Positions 19,462 to 29,978 of a DNA stretch of 64,000 nucleotides are shown piece by piece (position 1 is the stretch's first letter; every line of letters starts with the position of its first letter). The position numbers and the translations under genes were made by a program. Below the pieces are notes generated by a model. That model saw only the letters and a list, made by a program, of their open reading frames with translations. It had not been told where the DNA came from and made no database searches. The stretch comes from Candidatus Hydrogenedentota bacterium (GTDB taxonomy: Bacteria > Hydrogenedentota > Hydrogenedentia > Hydrogenedentales > JAEUWI01). The DNA is taken from NCBI GenBank assembly GCA_034669905.1, contig JAXMOL010000008.1, positions 32,001-96,000 on the forward strand, given 5' to 3'.

Positions 19462-21645
19462 TTGGAGACAGGTTGCTGTTCAGACGGGCAGCAACACCAT
19501 AATACAGATAAAAACACCACAGAAAGCCACGTTTTGTCAATAAATTACCTCCTTACTGGAAAAGCGTTTGCGCTGGTCACCCTCCTTCTCGTGGGCACCT
19601 TCACGGGGGCCGCCGCACCGGAATACCGCCCGGAAAAGGCCAAACGGGCCCTGAACACCGATCAGTACAGCCTCTCGATTCAGAAGAATAATCGGGTCGA
19701 CATCCATCTGTTCGATGGATTTCCCGTCCTGATTGGGGCCTACCCCAGCATCACGACCGTCGAAAAAGGTACCCGCCCCCTTAAGGTCGTCTACAACAAG
19801 AGCAGCCGGGTAAGCGTGCGAAATGCCCTGGGCCGGGGAAACGGCTTTCAGTTTAGAACGGATGAATGCGATTGGGTAATCGCGGTCTATCCCGGACAAC
19901 CGTTCGTCACCGCGACCCTGACCTATACCAACGCCGGGCGCAAACCGGTCCAGGTGACGGCCCTGTCCCCCTGGGATATTGGCGGCAAAGGCAAAGGAAA
20001 GCTCTTCGTCGGCCGGGAGGGCGGCGATCAAACCGTGCTGATGGGGAGTGCGTCGCGTGATAGCCCCAGTGGTACACGGACCCATGGTGAGGCGGAAAGT
20101 CCGGGGCACCTTTCTGCCTGGAACCCCACTTCGCAGGAAGGGATTGTCGCCGGATTTCTCGGGCAATCGGAGCACCCGTCGTTTGTGACCTTGCGCGACT
20201 CAGGGGAAGATAATGGGGCCGTTTTCGGGCGCTTTCAGGCCCGGACTTCCTTTGAGCCGCCCATCACCCTCGGCCCCGGGGAATCGTTGCAGGCGGACGT
20301 GTTCTATCTCGCCTTTGGCGAGCGCGATGCGGCAGAAGGCCTGGAACGATTCATCGGCGCAGCCCGCAAGATGGCGCCCTTTCCTCAGCTGTCGGAACGG
20401 TTCTACCGCGGCTGGAATGCGGGGGCGCGCCCGGATATCGATGCGGAAACCATCCGTCTTGTCATGGAGGGCCTTTCCAGCACAGCACGGCAACGGGGAT
20501 GGGGACACGTTCATCTGGGCACGGCCTGGATGGCGAATCCAACCTCCCTCACCCGGGATCAGGAACGCTTCCCCCAGGAACTTTCGGAGTTGACCGCCCA
20601 TGGCCACGCCCTGGGACTTACCGTGGGCCTGACGGTCCCCGTGGGCGTCGTGGATGAAGCGGCGACCGCCGCTTTCATCCGCCGCTGTCAGGCGGAGGGG
20701 ATGGACAGCATCGAGTTGGCCCCAGACGATTCGCACGGTGCCCGACTGGCCGTGCGCGCCCTGTACACGACCCTGGCGGCGTCCGGAATCGGGGAAACAT
20801 CCCTGCCCCCGGTGGTGCGCGCCCCTTCTCCCGTCCCGCTGCCCTTCGGCGCCATTGGCCCGGCCTCCCGGGCCTACTACCTTCCCATTTCCGGCGATCC
20901 CCTGCTGGCGGCCCCCGGTCTACGCCAGGAAGTGGACTTGGCCGGGCTGAACGATGAGCAGTTTATTACGGAGGTCACCCGCACGGCGCTCCTGAACCAA
21001 CCGCTCCGCACGGCGCTGCCCTTTTCCGCCCAAACACCCTTTCGGCAGGCCGTGCTCGGTCGCGTGGGGCTGTCGGGCGCCAGATCGGCGCGCCCCATCG
21101 ATTTGTTGGGCGACACGCCGCCGGACGTATGGTACCTGCCCCTTAAATCCTCGGCAGGCAGCTGGACCATTACGGGCCTCTTTAACTGGGGGGCTGGGCC
21201 AGACCACGTGCTCCAAATGCCCCTGGACCGCCTTGGCCTCAACCATAGCGTGCGCTATACCGTCTACGATTATTGGGCGGGCCAGTATCTGGGGCTGATT
21301 CAGGATACGTTGAAAGTCGAAGTGCCGACGGATGGGGTCCGTCTGCTGGGGCTGCGCTACGCAGAGCAACGCCCCATGCTGGTGGCTTCCAACCGGGACT
21401 TCACCCAGGGCGCACGGGACCAGGGCGAAATCACGTGGGACCACGCGACCCAGACCCTTTCCGGCAGCATGGAGGGAGTGGGCGACTTCATGCATTTGCT
21501 CACCTTCTACGTACCGGAACCCTACGTCTTGAAATCCGTCGAGGCCAGTGAAAAGGTGTTGACACAGGTCACCGATGGACCTTCGATAAAGATTGGTTTT
21601 CGTCCCAGCCTTCGGGGCGAAATCCGGTGGCGCCTGTCTTTCTAA
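19462..21645 (+). CDS. Alpha-galactosidase (GH27/GH36)-like secreted protein, degenerate catalytic barrel; true start probably ~19534
   Basis: GWN..., ERFPQELSELTAHGHALGLTVGL, ARPIDL, GLFNW, YTVYDYW architecture. Confidence 0.7.
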   Translation: METGCCSDGQQHHNTDKNTTESHVLSINYLLTGKAFALVTLLLVGTFTGAAAPEYRPEKAKRALNTDQYSLSIQKNNRVDIHLFDGFPVLIGAYPSITTVEKGTRPLKVVYNKSSRVSVRNALGRGNGFQFRTDECDWVIAVYPGQPFVTATLTYTNAGRKPVQVTALSPWDIGGKGKGKLFVGREGGDQTVLMGSASRDSPSGTRTHGEAESPGHLSAWNPTSQEGIVAGFLGQSEHPSFVTLRDSGEDNGAVFGRFQARTSFEPPITLGPGESLQADVFYLAFGERDAAEGLERFIGAARKMAPFPQLSERFYRGWNAGARPDIDAETIRLVMEGLSSTARQRGWGHVHLGTAWMANPTSLTRDQERFPQELSELTAHGHALGLTVGLTVPVGVVDEAATAAFIRRCQAEGMDSIELAPDDSHGARLAVRALYTTLAASGIGETSLPPVVRAPSPVPLPFGAIGPASRAYYLPISGDPLLAAPGLRQEVDLAGLNDEQFITEVTRTALLNQPLRTALPFSAQTPFRQAVLGRVGLSGARSARPIDLLGDTPPDVWYLPLKSSAGSWTITGLFNWGAGPDHVLQMPLDRLGLNHSVRYTVYDYWAGQYLGLIQDTLKVEVPTDGVRLLGLRYAEQRPMLVASNRDFTQGARDQGEITWDHATQTLSGSMEGVGDFMHLLTFYVPEPYVLKSVEASEKVLTQVTDGPSIKIGFRPSLRGEIRWRLSF

Positions 21646-21788
21646 CGCTTAACTTGCTTGGGAAGTGGGGTCTGGCCATGAGCGAACACACACCGGGCCG
21701 GAGGGGAGCGTGTACCCGGATCCAATGACCTGGCGGCAAGGCAGCGCCCCATCCACATCGTGCAGACCACCCCGACGGTGGCCTGGCC

Positions 21789-24233
21789 TTACTTGATGAC
21801 CGTGCGGGTAATCCCCTCCCGAGCGGGTTGTACCGGCCCAAGCTTCTCGTTGAGGGCCGCGACTGCTGCGCCCGTTGCACCGCGTTTTTCCGCTTCGCTC
21901 AAGAGGGCCCGGGCCTGACTCTTGTCGCCCACGGCGAAAGCCATATCGGCAAGCCGTAAAAAGGCTTCCGGGCGGTCCGGGTAGGCCGTCTGTGCCGTCT
22001 TGAGGAATCCAGCGGCCAGATTGGGCTGGTTCAGCGCCATGGCAATATCGGCGAGGGCGATTTCCGGCAGGGCCTGGGGCGTTACCTTGGGTGCTGCATA
22101 GCGAATATAGGCCTCCGCCGCATCCCAAACTCCCGAAGCGCCACAGCGGGTGGCCAGTTGCGTCCAGGCATCCCAATTGTTGGCTTGTTGCCCGCCCCAC
22201 TCGGCCAGGAAATTCTCGGCCCCTTCCAGGCGGGCACTGGTCAAGCCGAGCAGGGTCCAGGCGCCTGGATTGTTCGGTTCAACCGTCATGGCGAGCTGGA
22301 GCATGTAAAAGGCACTGAGCACGCGGCCTTCCATCAGATTGCGTTGGGCCTGGACTACGAGCAGGGCGGCTGACTGAGGCGCGTTCCGCTGAATTTCTTC
22401 GGCCTGGGCGCGCAGGGCAGCGGTCTGCTCTGCCAATTGGCGATAGGGGGCCAACTGGGCCTCCAGGGCCTCGTTCGGGTTGTTTTTCAGCACCCCTTCC
22501 AGGAGCGGCAGCCCCCGGTTGATATCCCCCATGCTGGCGGCCAACATGCCGTAACGTTCTTGCGCCGGAATCGGCAGGGGGCCTAGTTTATCGGCCCGCT
22601 CCAATGCACGGAGGGCCTCAATGAAAAATTCCTGATCACTGGCCTGACGCCCTTGCTGCTCGGCTGCATAGGCAATATAGAGCGCCACCTCCTGATCCAC
22701 GGGAAGGCGGAGCGCGGCCAGCCGCAGGTGCTCCAGCGCCTGCTCGAATTCCTTTTGTTCCAGGGACAACAAGCCGAGGTACTTGCGGGCATCGCCGTTC
22801 TGCGGTTCCAGATCCAGCACCTGGGTCCAGGCGGCAATTCCCTGACTGATGCGGCCGCGCCTTGCCTCCGTATCACCCTCAGACTGCACCAGTTGGGCCA
22901 CGAGAAAACGACCGATTGCCTCTGGTGGCTCGACCGACCCGGGCTGTTTCTCCTGTTCCGCTGCCCACAGTTCGAGGGGACGGGTCCACAGCCCACTACG
23001 CTGCATGGAGAGTCCGGCGAGGACTAAGATAAGGACCGCGGCCACGGCACCGCCAATCAGTCGGGTCCGCTCCTTGCCGACGAACTGAAGCAACCAGGGA
23101 ACGATGATGCAGAAACCCGCCCAGGGGAAATAGAGGTAGCGGGTCGGCCCGACTTCGTCCGTCAGCCCGTAGCGCACCGCACCGAGCACGGCGAGGAGTA
23201 TCCAGCATCCCAGCATGGCGGGAAGTCGCTTCCAGACCAGCCCGACGGCAATGGCTGCCAGGAGGAGGAGCAGGCCGAGCGCGCCGGTCACCAGTCCGCC
23301 CGAAACGGGCAGGAGGTCGTAGTTGGTGGGTACCAGCCCGTAATAGAGCCCTGCCCCCAACTGGGCCAACAGTGCGCTGGGGCCGCCCTGGGCACCGTGT
23401 TCCAACATGCCCGAGGCATTCCCTGTCACCCAGAGGAACAGGGTGGTCAGGAGCAGCACCGACGCGACGACGCCCCGGTAATCCCGAATACTGGCGCCAC
23501 TATCGCCACGAAGATAGAGGAGGATGATCCCGATCAGGGGATAGGTCAACGCGGCCGCGTCACTACCGAAGGCAAGCGCAAAGCACAGTACGGCGCCGGA
23601 AAGGGACATGATACGGTTGGCCTGTGGCGGGCATGCCCGTAGTAACAGGAGCAGCCCCGACAGACCGAAGAAGGAAGACTGGAGTACGGGTCGGGCCACC
23701 AGGTAGTTCACACTCTCCGTGGCCAGGGGGTGCACGACAAAGAGCATCCCCGCGATCATGGAAATGGCCTCAGGCGTGCGGGGTTCGAGGAGGCGACGGG
23801 CGATCAGAAACACCAGCACCCCGCAAAGCAGATGAAGCAGAATGCTGCCGCCATGGAGGTAGTCGACATTGCCGCCTCCGAGACCGGCATTGAGGGCCAG
23901 GCCTATCACGGCAAGGGGCGCGGTGGGAAAATCGGCCACCGCTTCGGGCGATGTCACGAGTCGGGCCACCGGCGAATCGCCGCCCAGCACCGTGAGGTCA
24001 GCGCCGTGAAGTGGAATGCTGAATGCGAAGAGATACACGACGAACCCAAGGGCCGCAATCAGGAATGCGCTAATCCACACCTGCGCCGTCTCGGTCCCTT
24101 CATCGCCTTTGAGAACCCCGGAAGCCACCTGGGCATCGAGGCCCGCGTTACCGGTGCTTTCCCCGGCCTGCGCTTCCGCTTCGGACTTAGTTTCTGTCGA
24201 CTCTTGCTCGTTGTTCAACGCACCGTACTCCAT
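21789..24233 (-). CDS. Polytopic membrane protein with TPR tail (TMTC/GT-C-like)
   Basis: LFVVHPLATESVNYLVAR, RYLYFP, W...LELW, then TPR helices. Confidence 0.8.
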   Translation of the reverse strand: MEYGALNNEQESTETKSEAEAQAGESTGNAGLDAQVASGVLKGDEGTETAQVWISAFLIAALGFVVYLFAFSIPLHGADLTVLGGDSPVARLVTSPEAVADFPTAPLAVIGLALNAGLGGGNVDYLHGGSILLHLLCGVLVFLIARRLLEPRTPEAISMIAGMLFVVHPLATESVNYLVARPVLQSSFFGLSGLLLLLRACPPQANRIMSLSGAVLCFALAFGSDAAALTYPLIGIILLYLRGDSGASIRDYRGVVASVLLLTTLFLWVTGNASGMLEHGAQGGPSALLAQLGAGLYYGLVPTNYDLLPVSGGLVTGALGLLLLLAAIAVGLVWKRLPAMLGCWILLAVLGAVRYGLTDEVGPTRYLYFPWAGFCIIVPWLLQFVGKERTRLIGGAVAAVLILVLAGLSMQRSGLWTRPLELWAAEQEKQPGSVEPPEAIGRFLVAQLVQSEGDTEARRGRISQGIAAWTQVLDLEPQNGDARKYLGLLSLEQKEFEQALEHLRLAALRLPVDQEVALYIAYAAEQQGRQASDQEFFIEALRALERADKLGPLPIPAQERYGMLAASMGDINRGLPLLEGVLKNNPNEALEAQLAPYRQLAEQTAALRAQAEEIQRNAPQSAALLVVQAQRNLMEGRVLSAFYMLQLAMTVEPNNPGAWTLLGLTSARLEGAENFLAEWGGQQANNWDAWTQLATRCGASGVWDAAEAYIRYAAPKVTPQALPEIALADIAMALNQPNLAAGFLKTAQTAYPDRPEAFLRLADMAFAVGDKSQARALLSEAEKRGATGAAVAALNEKLGPVQPAREGITRTVIK

Positions 24234-24314
24234 TGCCGTTTAAGACTGAAACGCGATTATAGGCGACTTGGACCCGCGCATGGAAATAGGTGGCCGCCCC
24301 ACTACCGCGCCGTG

Positions 24315-25742
24315 TCAGGTGCGGCGAGGCCGGGTTTGCACGTAGACGAGCCCGAGGGTGCCCAGGAATAGGAGGGCGAAACCGAGCGCGACGCTCCAGG
24401 TGCCGGCACGACGGCGGGCCGTCAACACCACATCCTCACCGGAGCCCACGTGTTGTCCTTCCCAGGTAAATTCCCAGTTGCCGAGCTGGTGGGTAGCACC
24501 CGGTGGCAGCGTGAAGGTATCTACCTCTTCTCCCGCGGCATTCAAAGCGGCCAGGTGCAGGCTCAGCTCGGGTGCCTGCGGATGTCTGCGGTACTCCAGT
24601 CGGAGGGTGTCGGAAGTGTGGACAATGCCCTCCCGCAGTTGGAGTGTCCTGTCTCCGTGCCGCAGCACCAGCGCCGACAGCCCGCCTGTGGCGTGGGGCA
24701 AGGGTACCGCCCGGGACATGAGTTGCTCCAGGCGAAGATATCCGCCGTGGGAAAAATTCCACTGCCCTCCCGCCGAGAGTGCGGTGGTGACCGGAAGGGC
24801 ACTGTCCTCCAGGCACTGCACGAGGGCCCGATCTTCGTCCCAACCATGCAAGCGCACCACACGGGGGGCGCCGGACGGATCCTGATAGTAGTAGGGACCC
24901 GGGTCCCCCACTGCATTCCTCGGGACCGCTACGCGGGTAACCTTTTCGCCGCCCACCTGCAGGGTAATGGCGCTACCATCCGCTTCCCGACCGACATAGC
25001 GTACCTGGGTACCATCCCGTAGCGTGAGGCCACTTCCCGGCGTCAGACTCTGCAGCCATTGGACCGCGGCGCCATCTCGCACGCCCCATCGGGCTTCCGC
25101 CCCGAGCGCTTCCCGCCCTGTGCGGGCCGCCTGCTCCGCTTCGGCTTCGGTCTCATGCCATTGAAACTGCAAGGCGGTCTGTCCGTCGGGGTAATACCAG
25201 GCATCCTGTTCCAGAAAGAGCGCCGTGCCCGGCTTCGATGCATCGGTCGCCCACGCGAGATAGGCCAGGGGGCGTCCCCGTTCGTGGCGCACGAGCCCCT
25301 CCCAGGGCACAAGCTCCTCCACCACCAGCATGGAATCACCCACAGGGATGGTATTACCCGGGACGACCGGATGGACCACTGGGCCGTCGGGCCCGTGAAT
25401 AACAAGCTCGTGTTCGTCTTCGGATTCGTGCAGGAGTTCGTGGCGGTCCAGCCGAAGCCCCAGGGGCATGACGGCCCCGTCATAGGTCTCGTCTGGATCC
25501 AGAAACCGGAGGGCCCTGGAGTTATCGAGGGGCAGCAAATCCGGGCTGAGATTACGGTGGGGCCCCACGCTGAAGTGGTCGGGATTGTGGGGCGTGATTA
25601 CGGTGTGCTCGGTCACCCCCGTCGACAGAAAAATTTTTCCGCCGGTCGTCTGAAGCTGGAAATAGAGTATTCCGCCAATGAGCGCCAGAAAAAGGAGGTA
25701 CAGGAAAGAAACCCAGCGGCGTGTGTTGATTCGTGAAGCCAT
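24315..25742 (-). CDS. Membrane-anchored protein resembling the ResB/CcsB-type periplasmic domain
   Basis: N-terminal TM, PLGLRLDRHE, C-terminal LTARRRAGTWSVALGFALLFLG TM similar to the ResB C-terminus. Confidence 0.5.
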   Translation of the reverse strand: MASRINTRRWVSFLYLLFLALIGGILYFQLQTTGGKIFLSTGVTEHTVITPHNPDHFSVGPHRNLSPDLLPLDNSRALRFLDPDETYDGAVMPLGLRLDRHELLHESEDEHELVIHGPDGPVVHPVVPGNTIPVGDSMLVVEELVPWEGLVRHERGRPLAYLAWATDASKPGTALFLEQDAWYYPDGQTALQFQWHETEAEAEQAARTGREALGAEARWGVRDGAAVQWLQSLTPGSGLTLRDGTQVRYVGREADGSAITLQVGGEKVTRVAVPRNAVGDPGPYYYQDPSGAPRVVRLHGWDEDRALVQCLEDSALPVTTALSAGGQWNFSHGGYLRLEQLMSRAVPLPHATGGLSALVLRHGDRTLQLREGIVHTSDTLRLEYRRHPQAPELSLHLAALNAAGEEVDTFTLPPGATHQLGNWEFTWEGQHVGSGEDVVLTARRRAGTWSVALGFALLFLGTLGLVYVQTRPRRT

Positions 25743-25784
25743 GGGAACAGTATGCCCTGCGCTTGACCTGCGTTGCGAGGCCGC

Positions 25785-26423
25785 CTATTCCGCGTAGGGA
25801 CTCACGAGGCTGGTCTCGGGCACGTCACGGTATTTCGCGCCTGCCACGAAAAACTGCACCAGGCCGTCGGCGATTTCGGGGCTGAGCCGGGTCTCGGAAC
25901 GGTTCGACTTGGCCATCATGTGCATATCCATCACGCCGAGAAAAACCAGGGTCAGACTCTGGCTGTCCCCGCCGGAGAGTTCCTTGTTTTCCAGACCGTC
26001 ACGAATCACGCGTTCTACCAACTTGAAGCGCTGCCGTATGAGCCGGTTGCGATCGAGGGACGGTCCCTGTTGGGGGGGGGAAAAAAGCACCTGAAGGATG
26101 AGGCGCACGGAATCACTGTTCTGCTCGGCGAGTTCGAAGGCACCGGCAATAATGCGCTTCAGTCGGGCAATGGAATCGCCGTCCGACTCGACGGCGGCTT
26201 CAATACGCTCCAGCAGTTCACTGAACTTCGTTTCGAAAAGGCGCCGAAAAAGGTCTTCCTTATTTTCGAAGTAGTAATACAGCACCGGCCGGGTCACCCC
26301 GGCGCCTTCGATGATTTCCCGAATACTCGTGCCCTCATAGCCCCGCTGGCTGAACAGATTGAGTGCGCTGTTCAAGAGTTTTGTTTCGGCTTCATTGGTC
26401 GTCGCAGGTTCGGGTACAGCCAT
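25785..26423 (-). CDS. TetR/AcrR family transcriptional regulator
   Basis: LFSQRGYEGTSIREIIEGAGVTRPVLYYYFENKEDLF. Confidence 0.93.
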   Translation of the reverse strand: MAVPEPATTNEAETKLLNSALNLFSQRGYEGTSIREIIEGAGVTRPVLYYYFENKEDLFRRLFETKFSELLERIEAAVESDGDSIARLKRIIAGAFELAEQNSDSVRLILQVLFSPPQQGPSLDRNRLIRQRFKLVERVIRDGLENKELSGGDSQSLTLVFLGVMDMHMMAKSNRSETRLSPEIADGLVQFFVAGAKYRDVPETSLVSPYAE

Positions 26424-26535
26424 GGGTGCCTCCAGTTTTTACCTAACGTTCGTTAGTCATTCCCGATTTTAGTCCAGATCCCCGGGAATTGCAAGCCCCG
26501 TGTATAGTCCCGTAGACACCCCCCCCGAGAACCGC

Positions 26536-27129
26536 TCATGGGTAGAGGCGCTCTTGCTTCCACGCGGTGAGCTGTCGGGTGTAGCGACGTCGGTCATGAA
26601 GTCGAAAGGGCTGTTTGAGCCAAAACTCGATCTGCTGAGGGCGAAGGCGAAAACCGGACCAGAACTCAGGGCGGGGCACTTTTCCGATGGCAAACTTTGC
26701 CCCGTACTTTGCGATACGCTGTTCAAATTCAAAATGCTCGGTATAGACCGCCGACTGACGGGAAGCCCACGCGCCTATCTGACTCTGCTTGGGGCGCTGG
26801 GCGAAGTACGCGTCGGCCTCTTCTTCGCTTACCGGCTCTACCCGCCCACGAACCCGGATTTGCTTGTCGAGGGGCATCCAGTAGAAGCAGAGGGCGGCAC
26901 CCCGATTGGTTTCCAGGTCCTTGGCCTTCGTACTCCCGAGGTTGGTGAAAAAGACGAAGCCTTCTTCATCGGCCTGCTTGAGGAGCACGACCCGTGAGTC
27001 GGGCATCAGATCGGCATCAACCGTCGATAACACCATGGCCGTGGGCTCATGGATACCCTCACAGGCCTCGGCCTCCTCCAACCAACGGTGAAACAGGGCA
27101 ATGGGGTTATCTTCTTTGGGAATGGACAT
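26536..27129 (-). CDS. pdxH: Pyridoxamine 5'-phosphate oxidase
   Basis: AMVLST, RVVLLK, FFTNLGSTK, YFAQRP...IGAWASRQS, IEFW...FRLHDR; start could alternatively be 27156. Confidence 0.95.
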   Translation of the reverse strand: MSIPKEDNPIALFHRWLEEAEACEGIHEPTAMVLSTVDADLMPDSRVVLLKQADEEGFVFFTNLGSTKAKDLETNRGAALCFYWMPLDKQIRVRGRVEPVSEEEADAYFAQRPKQSQIGAWASRQSAVYTEHFEFEQRIAKYGAKFAIGKVPRPEFWSGFRLRPQQIEFWLKQPFRLHDRRRYTRQLTAWKQERLYP

Positions 27130-27184
27130 GGAATGGTGGCTTTCGGCGCGGGTCATGGGGCACCAGACCGGGGCCCCGGGCAGC

Positions 27185-27997
27185 TTAAACGAATTGTTTC
27201 ATGTACTCGAGGCTCTTGGTCGCGATCGCCTCTGGCCCCGGTTCGAAGTTAAAGACCTCAACGGACACATAGCCCTGGAAGTCCACGTCCTTGAGCGCCT
27301 CGAAGATGGGGGCGAAATCGACCTCTCCAAAGCCGGGTCCATTCAGGTTTTCATCATTGGCGTGGTAGTGCTTCATCTTGTCGGCATAACGGCGGATCAG
27401 GGTGGCCCGGTCATCCTTTTCGAAGGTCATGGCCTTCGTATCCAGGATGAGCTGAAAATTGGGGTGCTGGACCGCGTCGATAAGTTTCACCGTCTCTTCG
27501 GCACTCTGGAGGAAGTTGGTTTCCAGGTGCGTCAGGGGTTCCATGCAGATGGTCACGTCCCGCTCTTCACAGGTGGGCATGGCTTCGGACATGATTTCCC
27601 GGGCGTAGTCGAAGGCCTGGTCATAGGTCACGCCCTCTTCGATGTTGCGCTGCTTGGGCGAACCGAAGATGATGACCTTACCGCCGATATCACCACAGAA
27701 ATGGACGAGGTCCTTCATGTAGTCACTTGTAAACTTCCGGATGGCCGGATCGGGGTGGGTAAGGTGGACTCCGTCGGGTCCGACGAAAACCCAGTGAATC
27801 CCGAGGATATCGAGATCGGCTGCGGCGGCGCTACGCACGATTTCCTGCCGCGTTGCTGCGGAGATATCTGTCACGAAGGGCGAAAAGGTAAAGGGGGCCA
27901 CTTCCAGGCCGTCATACCCGACTTCCTTCACATAGTTGACGGTGCGGGTAATGTCATTCCAGTCTTTAAAGATCTCACTGCAGATTCCAAACTTCAC
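27185..27997 (-). CDS. Sugar phosphate isomerase/epimerase (TIM barrel, ketose 3-epimerase-like)
   Basis: MEPL...ETNF, LDTKAM, HYHAND...GPGFG, VSVEVF. Confidence 0.88.
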   Translation of the reverse strand: MKFGICSEIFKDWNDITRTVNYVKEVGYDGLEVAPFTFSPFVTDISAATRQEIVRSAAAADLDILGIHWVFVGPDGVHLTHPDPAIRKFTSDYMKDLVHFCGDIGGKVIIFGSPKQRNIEEGVTYDQAFDYAREIMSEAMPTCEERDVTICMEPLTHLETNFLQSAEETVKLIDAVQHPNFQLILDTKAMTFEKDDRATLIRRYADKMKHYHANDENLNGPGFGEVDFAPIFEALKDVDFQGYVSVEVFNFEPGPEAIATKSLEYMKQFV

Positions 27998-28009
27998 GAA
28001 AGAGTCTTT

Positions 28010-29365
28010 CTATGATTCGGCGTTGATGATGTCGTTGTCCGGAAATTCTTCCGAATTGTAAATGAATACCCGATTGCCACCGGAGCGCTTGGCGTCATAC
28101 ATCATGGCGTCGGCAAAGCGGATGAAGGAGCGGGCCGTACTGCCCGGACGATATTGCATGAGTCCGATACTGAGGGTCAGGCGGTCAAAACGTTTGGATT
28201 CGAAGGACTGTCGAATACGTTCGGCGATGACGTGGGCCTGTTCTTCGTCGGCTTCCGGCAGGATGACGGTAAACTCATCACCGCCATAGCGGAAGCCGAT
28301 ATCGACGTGCTCACGGGTACTTTCCAGCACAACCTCGCCGGCCGTGCGCAATACGCGGTCGCCTTCGAGGTGTCCGTGGCAATCGTTGTAGGTCTTGAAT
28401 TGATCGACATCAAAGAGGAGCAACGACAAGGGGTGCCCCTGTCGGGTTGCGCGCTCAATCTCTGCTTCCAGGCGGTCATAAAAACAGCGTTGGTTGTAGA
28501 GACAGGTGAGGCTGTCCTTGATGGACATCTCCTTGAGTTCGTTTTCCAGATGTTTCTGTTGGGTAATGTCTTTGCAGATGGCGAGGGTCGATACCTTGCC
28601 CGTGCCCGGTGCCCGCACCTGGGAAAGGGTGATGTTGACGGGAATCAGCAAGCCACTTTTGTGGAGCACTTCGGACTCATAATTTTGAACCGGCTTACCC
28701 TGGTCCAACATGCGATAGATGTATTGCAACTCATCGTTGCCACCATGTATCAGGTTGGCGATGGGCATCTGCTCCAGCCCTTCGCGGGCATAGCCAAACA
28801 TGTGGGTAGCCCCCTGATTGGCAAAGGATATATTCAACCCTTCGTCAATGGTCAAAATCGCGTCGACCGTACTGTGGAACAGGCTCTCCAGATAATCTTT
28901 CGTGCCCCGCAGTTCGTGATTGGTTCGTTCCAAATCGGCCGTCGCCTCGGCCACCCGGGCTTCCAACTCGGTCTGATAGCGCTTGTTTTCAATGATCAGA
29001 CGCCGTCGCTCCAGGGCCTTTTCTACGGCCAACGAGATTTCCGAGAGGTTGAAGGGCTTCAGAAGGTAATCGTCTGCCCCGGCACGCATGGCTTCAATCG
29101 CGTTGGTCACCTCGAGCAGCGCGGTAACCACGATAACCGCCAGTTCGTCGTCCTCTTTCTTCGCCTGGAGGACGACATCAATACCATGCACCTCGGGCAT
29201 CTTGAGGTCGGTAATGAGCAGGTCAAACCGGGTTTTCTTCAGCGTTTCCAACGCGTCTACAGCCGAGGTAAACATCTCGCAGCCGTAGCCTTCTTCCGTC
29301 AGGTGCTGCCCAAGCAATTCAAGAATACTGGATTCATCATCCAGTATCAGGATGCGTGCATTCAC
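28010..29365 (-). CDS. Diguanylate cyclase, REC-PAS-GGDEF
   Basis: REC (ILILDDE, DLKMP, KPF), PAS, DSLT...FDVDQFK...RYGGDEF. Confidence 0.93.
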   Translation of the reverse strand: MNARILILDDESSILELLGQHLTEEGYGCEMFTSAVDALETLKKTRFDLLITDLKMPEVHGIDVVLQAKKEDDELAVIVVTALLEVTNAIEAMRAGADDYLLKPFNLSEISLAVEKALERRRLIIENKRYQTELEARVAEATADLERTNHELRGTKDYLESLFHSTVDAILTIDEGLNISFANQGATHMFGYAREGLEQMPIANLIHGGNDELQYIYRMLDQGKPVQNYESEVLHKSGLLIPVNITLSQVRAPGTGKVSTLAICKDITQQKHLENELKEMSIKDSLTCLYNQRCFYDRLEAEIERATRQGHPLSLLLFDVDQFKTYNDCHGHLEGDRVLRTAGEVVLESTREHVDIGFRYGGDEFTVILPEADEEQAHVIAERIRQSFESKRFDRLTLSIGLMQYRPGSTARSFIRFADAMMYDAKRSGGNRVFIYNSEEFPDNDIINAES

Positions 29366-29441
29366 GTCTCATCGCTCCAACGTCTGGTGGAATCCGCTGC
29401 AAACCCCTGCATTGAGATCGACCACATTCAGGCACCCATCG

Positions 29442-29672
29442 CTAAAGATATTTGACGACGGCTATCATCACAAAGATAGAGCCAACACCCAACCCGATTT
29501 CCAGTTTTCCAGGAAGTTGATCCTTGTCAAATTCCTTATTGCCCAACTCGCCATCTTTTTTCGAGGCGATGCTTTTGCTCTGCGCATGGACCCCGTCGAC
29601 ACAAACGAGAAACCCGAGACAGAGGACCAGGCACACAACGCCCAGCAATATGAGATACTTTGACGCCATCAT
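29442..29672 (-). CDS. Small membrane protein (signal peptide plus C-terminal TM)
   Basis: agggag RBS; two hydrophobic segments; same strand and upstream of the cyclase. Confidence 0.65.
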   Translation of the reverse strand: MMASKYLILLGVVCLVLCLGFLVCVDGVHAQSKSIASKKDGELGNKEFDKDQLPGKLEIGLGVGSIFVMIAVVKYL

Positions 29673-29978
29673 AACAATCTCCCTGTGGTGAATGGATTAC
29701 GCTGTCATTTTAACCAGTCCCGATACAAAGTGCAATACGAATAAAAATAGTGCTCCCGCATACCCGGCAAAGAACTGGTCGACGGTCCAGACGGGTTGTG
29801 GTCCGTCGGGGGAAGGGGGTTTAAGTTTGCGATATCAGGGATGGCCGGGTTAGGGTGTATTTTCGCCTGCGCCCCCGGCTGACGATTCTTGTCTGTATTT
29901 GCCTGTTTTTGTATAATCACTGAAAGCAAGGTGCTCTACTCTGCGTTTGACCAAGGAAGACTAGAGGGTGATACCCCC

